Source of the DNA: Gonapodya sp. JEL0774
Taxonomy: Eukaryota
NCBI GenBank assembly: GCA_027604505.1
Contig: JADIIX010000046.1
Location: forward strand, 1 to 64,000
Length of the DNA stretch: 64,000 nt
Direction: 5' to 3'
Shown here piece by piece: positions 26,288 to 40,102 of the stretch; within the stretch, counting starts at the first letter, position 1, and every line of letters begins with the position of its first letter. The notes below the pieces were generated by a model that saw only the letters and a list, made by a program, of their open reading frames with translations, ran no database searches and was not told the DNA's origin. The position numbers and the translations under genes were made by a program.

Positions 26288-27368
26288 TTTCCACAGCATC
26301 GTACGCTCCGTCTTCTGTTTGTTGTGAGCAAGAGATCGATGGATACCCCAGTATAATGATCATAAATGCCACTCCTTGCCTCTCCCGTCCTCCAATTTAC
26401 ATATGTTGAAGTTTCGACAAGAGGTAAAAGTGTCCTTGACTCGTTGCTCAGACATCCCCGAAATCTATACAACCCCGCCCTCCCTATCTCTAATCCTTCA
26501 CTTGTGCCCTCTCCAGCTTCGCTTTCCAGTATCCGCCAACGATGGGGAGATTTTGGTACACGTCGGTACGTGCAACGGGTGTAGGTTCAAGGAGCCAAAG
26601 TGCTGGTTCACATGGGGAGTGTAAGGGCGAAGGCGAGGTGCGCAAGCAGGTCAAGAATAGTTTTCGGGGAGAAAAACGATTCATTTGATTCAGCAGCCAT
26701 CGGTCAATTGTCACCGTTAACTTCTGCAATCTTCATTCGGACAGCATGAAACAACTCACCGATGAACCCGACTACTCCGCCCCACAACGCCAAGCTCGGA
26801 CCCCTGCATATAGTGAGACACAATGTCAAGATTTCAGCCAAGGGACCCTCGTTGACAATCTCGGTACCAGACCCTCAGCTCGTGCTAGCACATGCTTCTG
26901 CAACTCAACACACCAGTGCTTAACTGTGTTTGGCGCGATGAACCTGTTGCGCACGAGTGCGGCTTGGTGCCACCGACGTTCAGTGAGGTACGTGAACATT
27001 CTGAGACCGATGGGGGTAGCGGTGATTGAGATCCTGCAGAAAACTTGACACACACACGGCCCTGGCACTTACACATCGTACAAAATACTTTCCGGATAGA
27101 TTGCAATAGCGGTTATTGCCACATTGATCACTCTTATTTCTTCTTTGTTTTCTTCCATTTTCACCCCGGCTCATCACTATTCATTTCTTGACACCATCCG
27201 TCCATCCGTGAGCTGCACCCTTGAACCTTTGCCAATATCCGCTCCAGTCTGCTCGTGAACATCCTTGCATATTTGCGTGGCAAATTTGTTTTGTACGTAC
27301 AATCAGATGCGGTCGTATTACGAAAATCTCCCACACAACACGCCATTAATTGTGTCCAGTCAAGACAT

Positions 27369-28399
27369 TTATGTCGTCTTAGTCTTGGCCTTCTTCTTTT
27401 CCAAGCGTTTCAGCTCATTCTTAGAGACAGATTGTTCGGGACTGATGGAATGCGGAAACAATGAGAAATGTACGTTCAATTCGCCTCCGAAAACTCCACC
27501 ACACAAAGCACTGCAAAAATCACTCACGTCATCATCGACCAAATAGATTTCCAGGGCCTTTTCAAGTCTCCGCTACTAGCATCCCTTCCGCGAAGGTAAA
27601 TCTGACATTGCGATTGTCGAAGATATCACTACATATGATAACGACCAAAAGGAAATGTGTGCGTGGTCCGGCGCACCTGTACTAGCTGATTCGTCCACAG
27701 CGTCCTGAATGGGTAAATGCTCTGGAGAGCCAGTGCTTGAGCGTAGCCCCATTGAATGTGGATAAAAAGCGTCATCACAATCTGAAGCAACATCGACTGC
27801 ATGAGCTCTCGGAACTTGTCAGAGTCATATTCCCAAACAGTAGTGTTGGTAATCTTTTGCGGTTCATCTAACCACGAATTGGCTGGTGTGAACAGTGTGA
27901 GGAGGGTTTTATCTGGTTCGTGCCATGATGATAAAACATCAAATGAGGTTCATTATTAGGTATGGAACACCAAACAGTCGATGAAGACCACAATTTTCTG
28001 CCCACCTTTCTTCTGTGACATCCGGTAGTGAAGGTATGCCAAGGTTCCGATTTGGACAGTCACTGAGACGGCGTATGCCAATCGGCAGGTCCTGCAAAAC
28101 AAGCAGGTAAAGCCATCCACTAAGAGGTGGGAATCAAAGAGGGCAGAGGAACGCACTGCAAAATGAAAGGGTCTGTGTAGTCGAGACTCCTTGTCTGTTG
28201 CACGGTACGAAGGGCATCAGTAGGTCTCAACTCATTCATCCGGAACTATTCTTCGATCAACTCACGAAATACCAAAATCCTCCCGTCAAAACCAGCATCG
28301 ACCACTGGTGCGGGGTATATCGCAATCCATAAAAAACGACATCAGCACTTCCTGAAGAGCTCGTTCAGAACCGATCACACAATTAACTCACAGGGCCAT
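27369..28399 (-). CDS. PHO88: PHO88/SND3 family ER membrane protein, about six short exons
   Basis: Phase-consistent exons (28006-28091, 27677-27912, 27528-27601, 27369-27441 plus 5' exons) give ...TRSLDYTDPFILQTCRLAY...MSQKKDKTLLTLFTPANSWLDEPQKITNTTVWEYDSDKFRELMQSMLLQIVMTLFIHIQWGYAQALALQSIYPFRTLWTNQLVQIYLRGRDASSGDLKRPWK...EKKKAKTKTT*. This matches the Pho88 motifs TTV..YD, H....Y..PL..QS..P and I.L.G..A.GDLKRP(F/W)K. Start exon uncertain. Confidence 0.85.
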
Positions 28400-28723
28400 T
28401 GATAAAATTTGCAATTCTTTCTTTCAAGTCCGCCATCGGTGTTGGCCAAGTCGCAATGGTCGAGATTGAATGTATACTTGTACTGCAATCTTCTGTCTAT
28501 TCAAGGAAGCAAATCAACGTGCTGCTGTTGATTAGCACTCTTTGGCCACCCAAAAGAAACAAGTGCGGTCCTCACGCACAGACGTTCAGCACTTTGTTCG
28601 TTGTTCAGATTACGGCCTGCAAATTGCCACCGTATGCCGCGCCACATCCCTTCACTGGTTTGAGGTGCTTTCAAAATTTTACGTTTTTCAATGTGCCAAA
28701 TCTGAGCAGTAGCAATAAATAAG

Positions 28724-30796
<2,073 letters not shown>

Positions 30797-30971
30797 TCGG
30801 AGGTTTTGGTGGTGTTTGACAGACTTCTTGGAACGGAGTGATGTGGTGGCACGGAACTTCGTGAAAAGGCCCCAACAGAAATATGTAGTGCATTCAAAAT
30901 TGACGAAATGGGACTACAACCCTATTTGCTATAATTCGCATTACGTATAGTAACAAGTCCGAGATATTGAT

Positions 30972-33467
30972 TTATGTGTCCACGGGGCGGATACCCCTGG
31001 TCTTGCACCAATCCGTGAATTGCTTGGGTACCTCAGCAAGTGTCTCGGATGACAGCAAAGTAAAATCGTGCTGGAATTGGCTGGAGCTCATGGGGGGGTG
31101 GAAGAAGAGAGGAGGCGACGTAAGGCGGGGATGTCGAAACAAGGAACCGACTCTCAGATGCAAACTTACCGGTATGGTACAAACTGCACACAGTCGCGCT
31201 CCATGCGGCGTCCCTTGGAGTCTATCAAGGGTCGTTCGTCCGCGTCTAGCTCCTCCATGCTCCCAAAGTCCGCGGCTCCCACCCCCACAATGATAATCGA
31301 GAGAGGCGCAAGCGATGCCTCCACTATAGCGTCCACGGTCTCAGCCATATCCGTAATCACCCCATCTGTTACAATCAAAAGAATAGTATATCTGTCCAAA
31401 CTTGTCGATCCTCGTTGCCATCCCTCGTTCGCCCACCGCGTCGTCTCCATAATGACTGGAGAAAAGTTGGTAGGTCCCCAGAGTTCTGCATTTTGGATTC
31501 CGATCTCATATGCGTCAAGCATGCCTCGTACACCCTGTACGATGGGGCTCTCGTAGTTGAGGTTCAGTGGGAAGAGATGGGAAACGGTGGGAGCGCTGCC
31601 GTTAAGTCGAAGTCTTGCTCCAAAGCCCTGTAACAAAAAAAAAATAATAATAATAATGAGAAATCACGTGAGATTAAATTGGATGGGGAGGCAGACAAAC
31701 ATCAACCAGCTACGCACATATACGGGAAAGAGTTTATCAGAGTCGTAAGGTTCAAGCACTGTTCCCACGGCAGATATCGCGCGCTGGTACTCGTTCATAG
31801 CGCTTGGCTGGTTTGGATTGCGGTAGTGAAGGGAATTGGGTAGGCGGGGGTCCCCTTATACAAGGATAGAAACAATTATACTCGACGTCGCTTTGGTAAG
31901 GGAGTGACAGACACGGCTTACCGTTCGATTGTGTGAAATCGATGGCCACAGCCAGAGATACCTCAGCACCTCTGGAAACAAAGTCGAAGAAGCTCCACTC
32001 GATTTCCGACTTCACTTCAATGAACACAAGGGTTCCACTGTTGGTGTACTTTGACCCCTTCTTCTGCTTCATCTTGTCGTTGATCAGTTCAAATCTCACG
32101 CCAGCGCGCACTCTTGTCATGGACGCCTCCACCGCCCCAATTATCGCGTGGTTTCCGGACGAGTTCCAGTCCCAGACCGACCACCGAAGAGGGCGAGTCG
32201 GAGCACCGTTGTTGAGCTGAGCCGTCGACAGGCGGAAAGGTTCCCAGGAGGGATTGAGAGATTTCCGTACCTCGGGAGTACGGTACACCTGCACCCACGT
32301 CCCGTCGTCCCGCTGCTTCTCAATCATAAGGAAAGGGTCGGACAGTCCGAAGAAATCCTTCTTATCCAGACCCTGCGCCGAAGCACGGAAGGTTACAAAT
32401 TCGTTCGTGCCGGTTTCCCGAAGTTCCTCGACCAGGATGCGGATGCGAGGGTATTTCGGAGGTGGAGGGGTTGAGTTGGCCGCGTTGGAACGGAGGGTCA
32501 GGTTACGCAACGAGGCGGTAATTTGACCAGACATTGTAGACGAAGTCGTCGAGTTCATTGAGTTCACGGTGCCGGAGCGAGACAGTCCAGGGCCGGGTGT
32601 CGGAGAAGAGGCGTTGGACCGAACACTCCCGTTACGTACGAAGCCAGACCCGGTAGAGGGCGCCAGCATAGAGTTTTGACTCGCGTTTACAGGAGCCCGT
32701 CGGACGGATCCCCTCCTGCCAGCCGCCACTGGCTGGAACCCCGCCTGTCCCGGTGGTTGATCCCCAGTGAGGGGTAGTTCCAGCGGCTTCCTCTTCCCTC
32801 CTGCCACCAAGCTCGCCATTGTAGTCTCCACGTATCCTATATAGTCGTGCTTCGTGGGGTCGTCCTGGAACTGAGCCTGGTCAATGTCCACAACGAGGAA
32901 TCGGAGCCGTTGGACGGTTTCGAACTTGTACGGGAGGACAACAGGAGTGGCGAAGCGAGGGTGGAGGTTGTTCCAGACAATTTCCTGACGCGTGATAAGC
33001 GAAAAAAGGGGGGAGACGCGGGGTAAGAAGAGCGGGTCAGGCGAAGGGGAGTCCCGTGGTCTTCCATGCTGCTGTGGATCACAGTCTCATCACCAGGGGC
33101 TCGCTCTTTCTCACCGTTTTCCCTATTTCTCGCCATTGCTGGCCTACTTGCAGGTATACGAAGACTCGAGGACTGGCACAGGACATCAGAAAGGATGGAT
33201 CAGGGCAGTCCATGAAACGAACGTCCACGCCGTGTGACTCACTCTGATTTCGAAAAGGTATCCAGATCAGGTAGATCGTAGCACTCTATACGAAGCTCGA
33301 CGTTTCTAATCGGGCGGAGTGGCCCCGAGAGTCCCCGAGAGTACAATCGAGCATCAGTATCGGAGACAGTTCGCCTGGAGATTCTTTCCACGAACGACCA
33401 CGACTCACGTCTGGGGAGCGGCACCCGGGTCTGAGGCAGGTGAAGGATACGCATAGGCTGGATTCAT
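30972..33467 (-). CDS. Copine (C2A-C2B-vWA Ca2+-dependent phospholipid-binding protein), multi-exon
   Basis: VELRIECYDLPDLDTFSKS, LDKKDFFGLSDPFL, AVAIDFTQSNG, LWGPTNFSPVI, YTILLIVTDGVITDM, PLSIIIVGVGAADFGSMEELDAD, RDCVQFVPY, LAEVPKQF. Confidence 0.95.
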
Positions 33468-34431
33468 GAACGGTGGGAAGGGCAAAAGTGGGGAGGCAGA
33501 AATACACAGTTTGGATCCATTGAGCCGGAATTTGCTTGTCAAGTCCTTGCACCCAGTCAGAACTCAGCACTTTTGCTGGGACCTTCAGTTAAGCCAATAA
33601 GTAATTATTCTGATGCACGCCAAAACTTTGAGTTAAAGTACCTAGAAGCGAAGCTAGGGAATGCGCCCGAATTTAACTTCTCAACATTGTATCGACCTCA
33701 GGTTTCAAGAGCCGAAGCACCACGGGCACACATAACCAGCACGAACATTTGCAAACAGCAAGAAGGCAGATTACCGCACAGAGTGCAAGCGTTCACGAAG
33801 GGACTAATCAGGTTTATCAATTACGACTTTCAAATAATGTGTACACGTCACTCACCACAAAGTTCGGCTGATGAGAATCTCCACATCTCCACCTCTTTTT
33901 GGCCTTGCATGCCTACTGCACGCTCAGCTCATATGTGAAGGGCCAGTCGTCAAACCATGATGGGAAATGTAGGCATCGCTGCCGATGTAAGCATATGTGA
34001 TACGAACTAAAAGGCAAGTACGCGCCACCCTCGGAAATTCTTTCCAAAGAAATCAAGAGCTGGGTCTGATCGATTTAGAACTAATTACGTTCTGGATGAA
34101 ATAATAAATGTAATCATTATATGCAATATATTCATGGGCCCTACATCTCAGCCGGTGCTTCTCTGCTGTTGCCCCTTTTCTGTTCCCCCGCCGCAAGCAA
34201 GCAACAACCCAAACCCCGCGGATCCGTCCACGCACCCAACAGATTCAACATTCACGAAACAAACCCCACCGTCCCAGATTCCCTGAAAGCTCTGTCAACG
34301 CAAAATGGCAGCGTCCACCGTCAAAGCTCCCGCGCTCCACCCCACCCACCCCCCCACCCCCTTCTCGTGTTCCATCCTCCTTTCGATTTCGCGCACTCGG
34401 GACCCCCCGCAACGTCGCCGCAGACGACGCG

Positions 34432-36054
34432 ATGATCGAAGCCGTGGAGGATGGCACATTGGCGTTGCTGATCCAGGCGCTGAGGGACGGGGCGGATCCC
34501 AACGGATGCAAGAGAGTCAAGGTGGAATGGACATTTCCTGAGAAAAAAGGTGGATTCTTTTCCGACAAAGAGGATGTGACTGTGTCCGACGAGGTATCGG
34601 GTGAGAGTGCGCTCGCTCTGGCGGTCTTGCACGGCAAGGTGGAGCTGGCGAAACGGCTGTTGGAGGCGGGCGCGGAGCCTAACGCGTCCACAGTGTGGAT
34701 GGTTCCTCAGAGACACACATCACGCGACAAATATGGCCAACATGAACTTTGCAATCGCACTCTGTGGAACACCGAGCGATGGAAAAAGATCGAGTTCCAA
34801 TCGTGTCTTCAGTTGGCGCTTTGCAGCAATGGAGTCAAGCGCAACAGGCCCGGTAGCCCCGCTTCCTACAGTGTCGAGGATGGTCGATATAAAGACGATT
34901 CCCCAGATTGGTTCGTCCTATACAATGTGCATGTCCCACCTTCCCTCAAGCAATCGCACGACATGGTCCGCCTCCTCCTCAGCCACAACGCTCGCGTCAC
35001 CAAACAAGTCCTCGAAACCGCCCGAGCCTTGGGCGGCAAGTCGTTCCTGCAGCTGCTTGACCAGCACATTCACCAGCAGTTATCCGCATCCGAGACGCCG
35101 AGACAGCGACAACAACGTGATGAGCAGGCCCTCAACGAGACTCTGGACGATGCTAAGACAACGTCTGTCGCTCTGCAAAACAACAACACGGAACTCGAGC
35201 GCCTCCAGATGCTCCTGCACACCGCTCAGGCCGAGATTGCCAGACTTGAGCAACACCAGGTCACCACCGTGGCCGATCTCACCGATCTCACCGCCCGCCA
35301 CAAGTCCCTCGAAGCAGACTACACGGCCCTCCAGGCCACCAACGACCAGCTTACTTCCCGTCTGGCCACCCTGAACACATCCCACACCGCCCTCCTCGCC
35401 CAACACACCACCCTCCAACACCGCCTCGACACCGCCCTGGCCCAAATCGCCGACCTGACCCGCTCCACCGCCGACCTCGCCCACCACAACGACCAGCTCC
35501 GATCCGACCTGGCGTCGGCTCTCGCACGCGCCGATGCCGCGGAAGGCGCCGCCGCCCGTGGCGTGGCGCTCGCCCCGCCCGTTGTCGTGTCGCGCATCGT
35601 GTGGGCAGTCGCGCAGTTCCAGGTCAGCGAGGCGGACGAGGTCCCCCTGGCAGTGGGCGACCAGGTGTTTTGCCAGCTCGAGTATGGGGATGGTTGGGGC
35701 AAGGTATGCAGCGAAGACGCACGTGGCACGACTCGTTTTGCCCGAGCGAGCTCATGGAACTAACTCGCTCACCGCTCGACTTCCACATACCTTGGAAACC
35801 TCCTCCCACCCTCTTGTTTCAGGGAATCAACACCACCACATCCCCAATACGGCTTCTTCCCCCTCGCATGCATCAGCCCCACCCCGCCAAGCTTCCCGCT
35901 CGTCCCCTCCGCCCCGCCCCCCTCATCTATCACCAGACGCACCGTGTCCGCTGTGCCGGCTGCTGCTGCAGTGGTCGGCTCGGGGGGATCGCTGGTCCTG
36001 GGGAGGGCAGGAGGGGCTGGGGCTGCGGGGGTGGAGACAAGGTATATGGGGTGA
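34432..36054 (+). CDS. Ankyrin-like N-terminal domain + coiled coil + SH3 protein; last exon needs a 1-nt frameshift correction
   Basis: MIEAVEDG..LIQALRDGADPN, ESALALAVLHGKVELAKRLLEAGAEPN, a heptad-rich region, then SH3 AVAQFQVSEADEVPLAVGDQVFCQLEYGDGWGK|GINTTTS(+1)QYGFFPLACI. True start may lie upstream. Confidence 0.75.
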
Positions 36055-36359
36055 TCCGGCGGGGTGGGGCGTAGGGGAGAGCTGGGATGGTGTGGGGTCG
36101 GCGGTGCTGTCTTGAAGCAGGTGGTGGTGGGTCTGGTGAAGGGCTGGTCGTGATGGATGGAAGAGATGCAGTAAAAGGAATTGGGCGCGCTGAATCCCAC
36201 CACTTGAGAACTTTCTTTTTGCGAGGATCCCCCTTCCCATTTTTGGTACTTTTGCCTCCTCCTCTTATTGGTTAATGGTTACCTATAGCTCCTTTACAAA
36301 GTGTTATATGTGAAAATCCCATAATCAAGCAGTACCTTCCTATAGTATCTCTCAATAGT

Positions 36360-37200
36360 TGGTAGTCAACGAGATAGAACACCACTGTCAATGCTTCTTC
36401 GAGAAAGACCGACTTGGGCTCACATAACCAAGAAAACGAAGCACTGTACCCCAACGAGGACATCTCCACACAGGGCCGGGTCATGAGGATCAAAAATACC
36501 ATGGACGTAGATGGCCATGTTGACAACTTGCTTTTCTTCATCCGCATCCAAATGTTAAAACTTATTACTTCTTCATCTTGAGTTGACACCATCTACCTCT
36601 CTGCTTACGCTGTGGATATAGCCTGCCAGTGCTTTCCACTCAAGATGAAGGACATAAGAAGTTTTAACAGAGCTTGGAGGGAGGAGAGGCAAGAGAAGTG
36701 GAAGAAAGAGCAGGAGAAGGATGGGACAAAAAAGCAGACAGTTGATTTGACAGTTACCATGGTTGTGCCATCAACTTGCCTGGGGAGGAGACGTTGGCAG
36801 TGCGCACCAGGACCACAATGACGATCACTTTTGCCATTCTGTGGTTTCTTCCTGTCCACAGAATGCGAGTTTTGCAGGTGGCACCTGCTGCTTTGCCTTT
36901 CCCTTCTTCAAAATGAGCAACAGATCTTTGGAAGTGAGGTGGTTCAGAGGAGGAAACGGATACCTGTTGGTTTTCCCAGCTGCCATCCTCTGTAATAAAC
37001 AAGGTCTCACGGCGATGTCCACACTTCCCACAGGTGAAGGCAACCCTGTGGCAGAGACCTTACCATGAGACCATTGTTTATTACCATCACACTGGCATGA
37101 GGAAAAGAGGGTGGGAAGCGCAGCAAAGGAAGTCTGAGGTGACAGAAGGCTTTGGAGTTTGGACAAGAGGACGCCAGAGCAGAAGGAGGAAGCGCTGCTG
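36360..37200 (+). pseudogene. Degenerate gene relic with TET/JBP-like 2OG-Fe(II) dioxygenase motifs
   Basis: Broken frames give GCAINL, SAHQDHNDDHFCHSVV, FAGG..FAFPFF, GYLLVFPAAIL and PYHETIVYYHHTGM. In-frame TGA at ~36580, frameshifts and local CpG depletion. Confidence 0.45.
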
Positions 37201-37724
37201 AAATTTGAGCGTATCAGGGGTGCGCGTGGCACGGAGTCCAGGAAGGGTGCAAGGATTAGACAAACGCCAGGCACGAGCTGGGTGCTCCCACGCTGAGGGG
37301 CACAAGCTGAGGCCATCCAAAATGCTCCCCGAAACGATTTGACCAAAAGACTTGGACGTTGAAGCTGCATATGACGCAAAACAAATTTAAAAAAAAAACG
37401 CATGTCGTGGAAGATCTGGTGGTGGAGACATGTGCACAAGATCGACACTCGACAGAGCATGGGCAGACCGAGTGGAGCCAAAAAGTGGATTGTTTTTGGG
37501 ATATCTCGTTGCGCGATGGCGTGTGTGCTCTTTTTTTTTTAGCGTGGATCGATTTGGAACTAATTCTGTTCTATGTAAACATTATGTTATGAGCTTTGGT
37601 GCTGCCCTTCCTGGCGTGGCGGTCATAATAACATACAAGTGAGGCGTATCGCCGAGGAATCCATTCCATCTCGGCTTGAACCGGCCAAATTTCTTTCTTT
37701 TCTTCGCACATCGTCGCGGTTGCG

Positions 37725-39454
37725 ATGTCGCGTGGTCGCATCGACAGCGAAAGCTTCGACATCGATCGCTACGACAGTGCGAGATTGGGGAGTGCAGGGT
37801 TGGGGAGCCCAGTCTCATACATCAGCAGCCAATTAAGCGATTTCGATAGCAGGCGGATCGATAACTATGAGGGTGGCTTTGACAGTGGTCGGATTGGTAG
37901 CAGTCGAACTGGGGACAGTGGCAGGTTCGAAAGAGGCAGCAACAGTGATTCATGGCAATACGTCAAGAGCAACATGAAAACCAACACTCAAAAAGACCTT
38001 CCCGACCTACCACCATCAGACTCTGTTGTGTCCTGGTCTACGCGGAGGCATCTTGCGTATCCTATGGACGCGGATGCCACCTCGCAAGAATCAAAGCCAA
38101 GGTTTTGGAAGAAACGAAACGTCATAATCACCATATGCCTGTTGGCAATCACTGCAATCGCTATCGGAGTTGGTGTTGGAGTGTCGAAGCGAAATGCCGG
38201 TTCAGACGTGGAGAACAACCTGAACCAGGGACAAGGAGCCGTGGTGCAAGCTGCTTCGGACTCGGCGACAACGGTTTCCAAGACAGTCGCCCCGAACTTG
38301 CCCAGGACCTCTTCGGCAGGGAACTCAAGATCGTCTGCGTCCGGGGTCGGCACCCCATTGGTTCAGACCGGTGCGGAGACAAACACCGCGGGCACCACCA
38401 CGCGAAGCCAGGGCGGACCCACATCCACACTCCAAATAGTTTCAACTCCGACGATCGCGATAAGTGAGAACTCCATCCAGATATTTGTCGTCTGTATTGC
38501 CTTGCCTTCCTTAATCCGGTGCCATCTCCGCATCAGCACCTACCGCCCCACTTCCACCAAATCAGGTTACCCCTGCTCTCTCATCCGCTGCGCCATCTTC
38601 TCCACCATCAAGAGCATCAACTCCCCCATCTCCACCACCTCGAACTTCCCAAACGCCAACGGTCCCACCTGCCCCTCCCCCGAATCCACCGCCAACGCCA
38701 CCCCCTCAAGCACCTCCACCGGCACCACCCCCTCCGTCTGGAGGAGGTCTCACAACCTCTTCTGGCGTTAAGGTGAGCACTTTTTCTGTGCCAAAGTGTT
38801 CTCAGGAGCACACTCCAATGCCAAACCTCACCGACATCTTCACAATAGGGCACTTTCTGGGCAGAGCACTCTGATCCCGGTGGATGCCAGCTCCCCACTG
38901 CCTCTTACTCAGGTGCGCTTACCGGTGCCATAGCACTCGGTCAGGAGACTGCCCTCGGCGCCTTGATCTACCGGCCCCCGTATTGCGGCCAAGTGTTCCA
39001 GATTTCCTGCCCAGGTGGAAGGACAATCAACGCCGTCGTGGCAAGTACGTGCAACTTGGGTTCACCATCTTGCGGTATCGATATGGTCCGCAGCACATGG
39101 GACGCAGCAACCGGATCCGCCTCCCCGGGTGTGACATCGTGCACAGTCTCGCTCACCTCCATCAACCCAATCGCAGACTCGGCTGGACCTGTCTGCTACC
39201 AGCGTCCCACATCAGAGTTTGACAATAACTATTTCAAGATCCTGGGTGTGCTGAACACCAACGGTCGGATGGTTGCGTCCGCGTCGATCGGTGGTGTAGC
39301 GGGATCAATCTCCTCTGGCGACTGGTTTTCATTCCAATCAGGTGGTGGTGGATTCTCTGCCTCTTCTTCGGTCACATTTGTGTATGCAGATGGGTCTTCG
39401 AGCTCGTTCCTGGTTTCGGAATGCAGGAGACCCAGCGGCGTCCAGATCTTTTGA
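37725..39454 (+). CDS. Membrane-anchored expansin-like protein (DPBB-like domain plus CBM63-like C-terminal domain) with a Ser/Thr/Pro linker
   Basis: Basic KPRFWKKR then TM VIITICLLAITAIAIGVGVGV. C-terminal GTFWAEHSDPGGCQLP...AIALG...YCGQVFQISC...AVVASTCNLGSPSCGIDM...W, then a beta-rich domain with aromatic residues (NYF..LGVLNT, GDWFSF, VTFVYADGS). Confidence 0.6.
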
Positions 39455-40102
39455 GGGTGAATGTTCGTAGAGGACTTGACAAGAGACTCGATTGGATCCT
39501 GTGGTCTTGAGAGAGATAATTAATTTATTGGCGCTTTTGCTCGGACAAAACTCTGGTGATGTCTGTTGCTGATCAGAAACACAACAAGAAGGAATTGACG
39601 TGACGCCATAGATGATGAATCACGCTCACACAAAGCTGTCGCTGGTATCGATAGCCAACTATTTATTGCGTTCAAATACATCTCATCTCACGGATACCTT
39701 TCAAGGTCGAGACCATTTTAAAGATCCCAATCGCATTCTGTATGTACCTATGCCCATTGAATTCAAGGCACACAACAAGAAAAATGAAATAAAAACGAAA
39801 CAAAACGGAATCCATATTCAAATGTAAATCAGTTCGGGATCCTTGCGAAAGCTCAAGCGTCCTAAGAGTCCAAACTCCCTCCCTTCCCCGGCATAAGTCC
39901 AAAGAATACAGCGTCGTATTCACAATCTTCCCAAGCGAGACACTTCCTCATTCACTCAAGTCTCGCATCCAAAGTTGAGGTTTATTCCACCATACCCGTG
40001 CAAGATCACCCACCGCCGATGTGGTTTTATATCGATGTCGCTTATTTCGATATCGGTCATATCGATGTGGTTCATATCCGCCTCACTGAAGCCCCACCAC
40101 TC

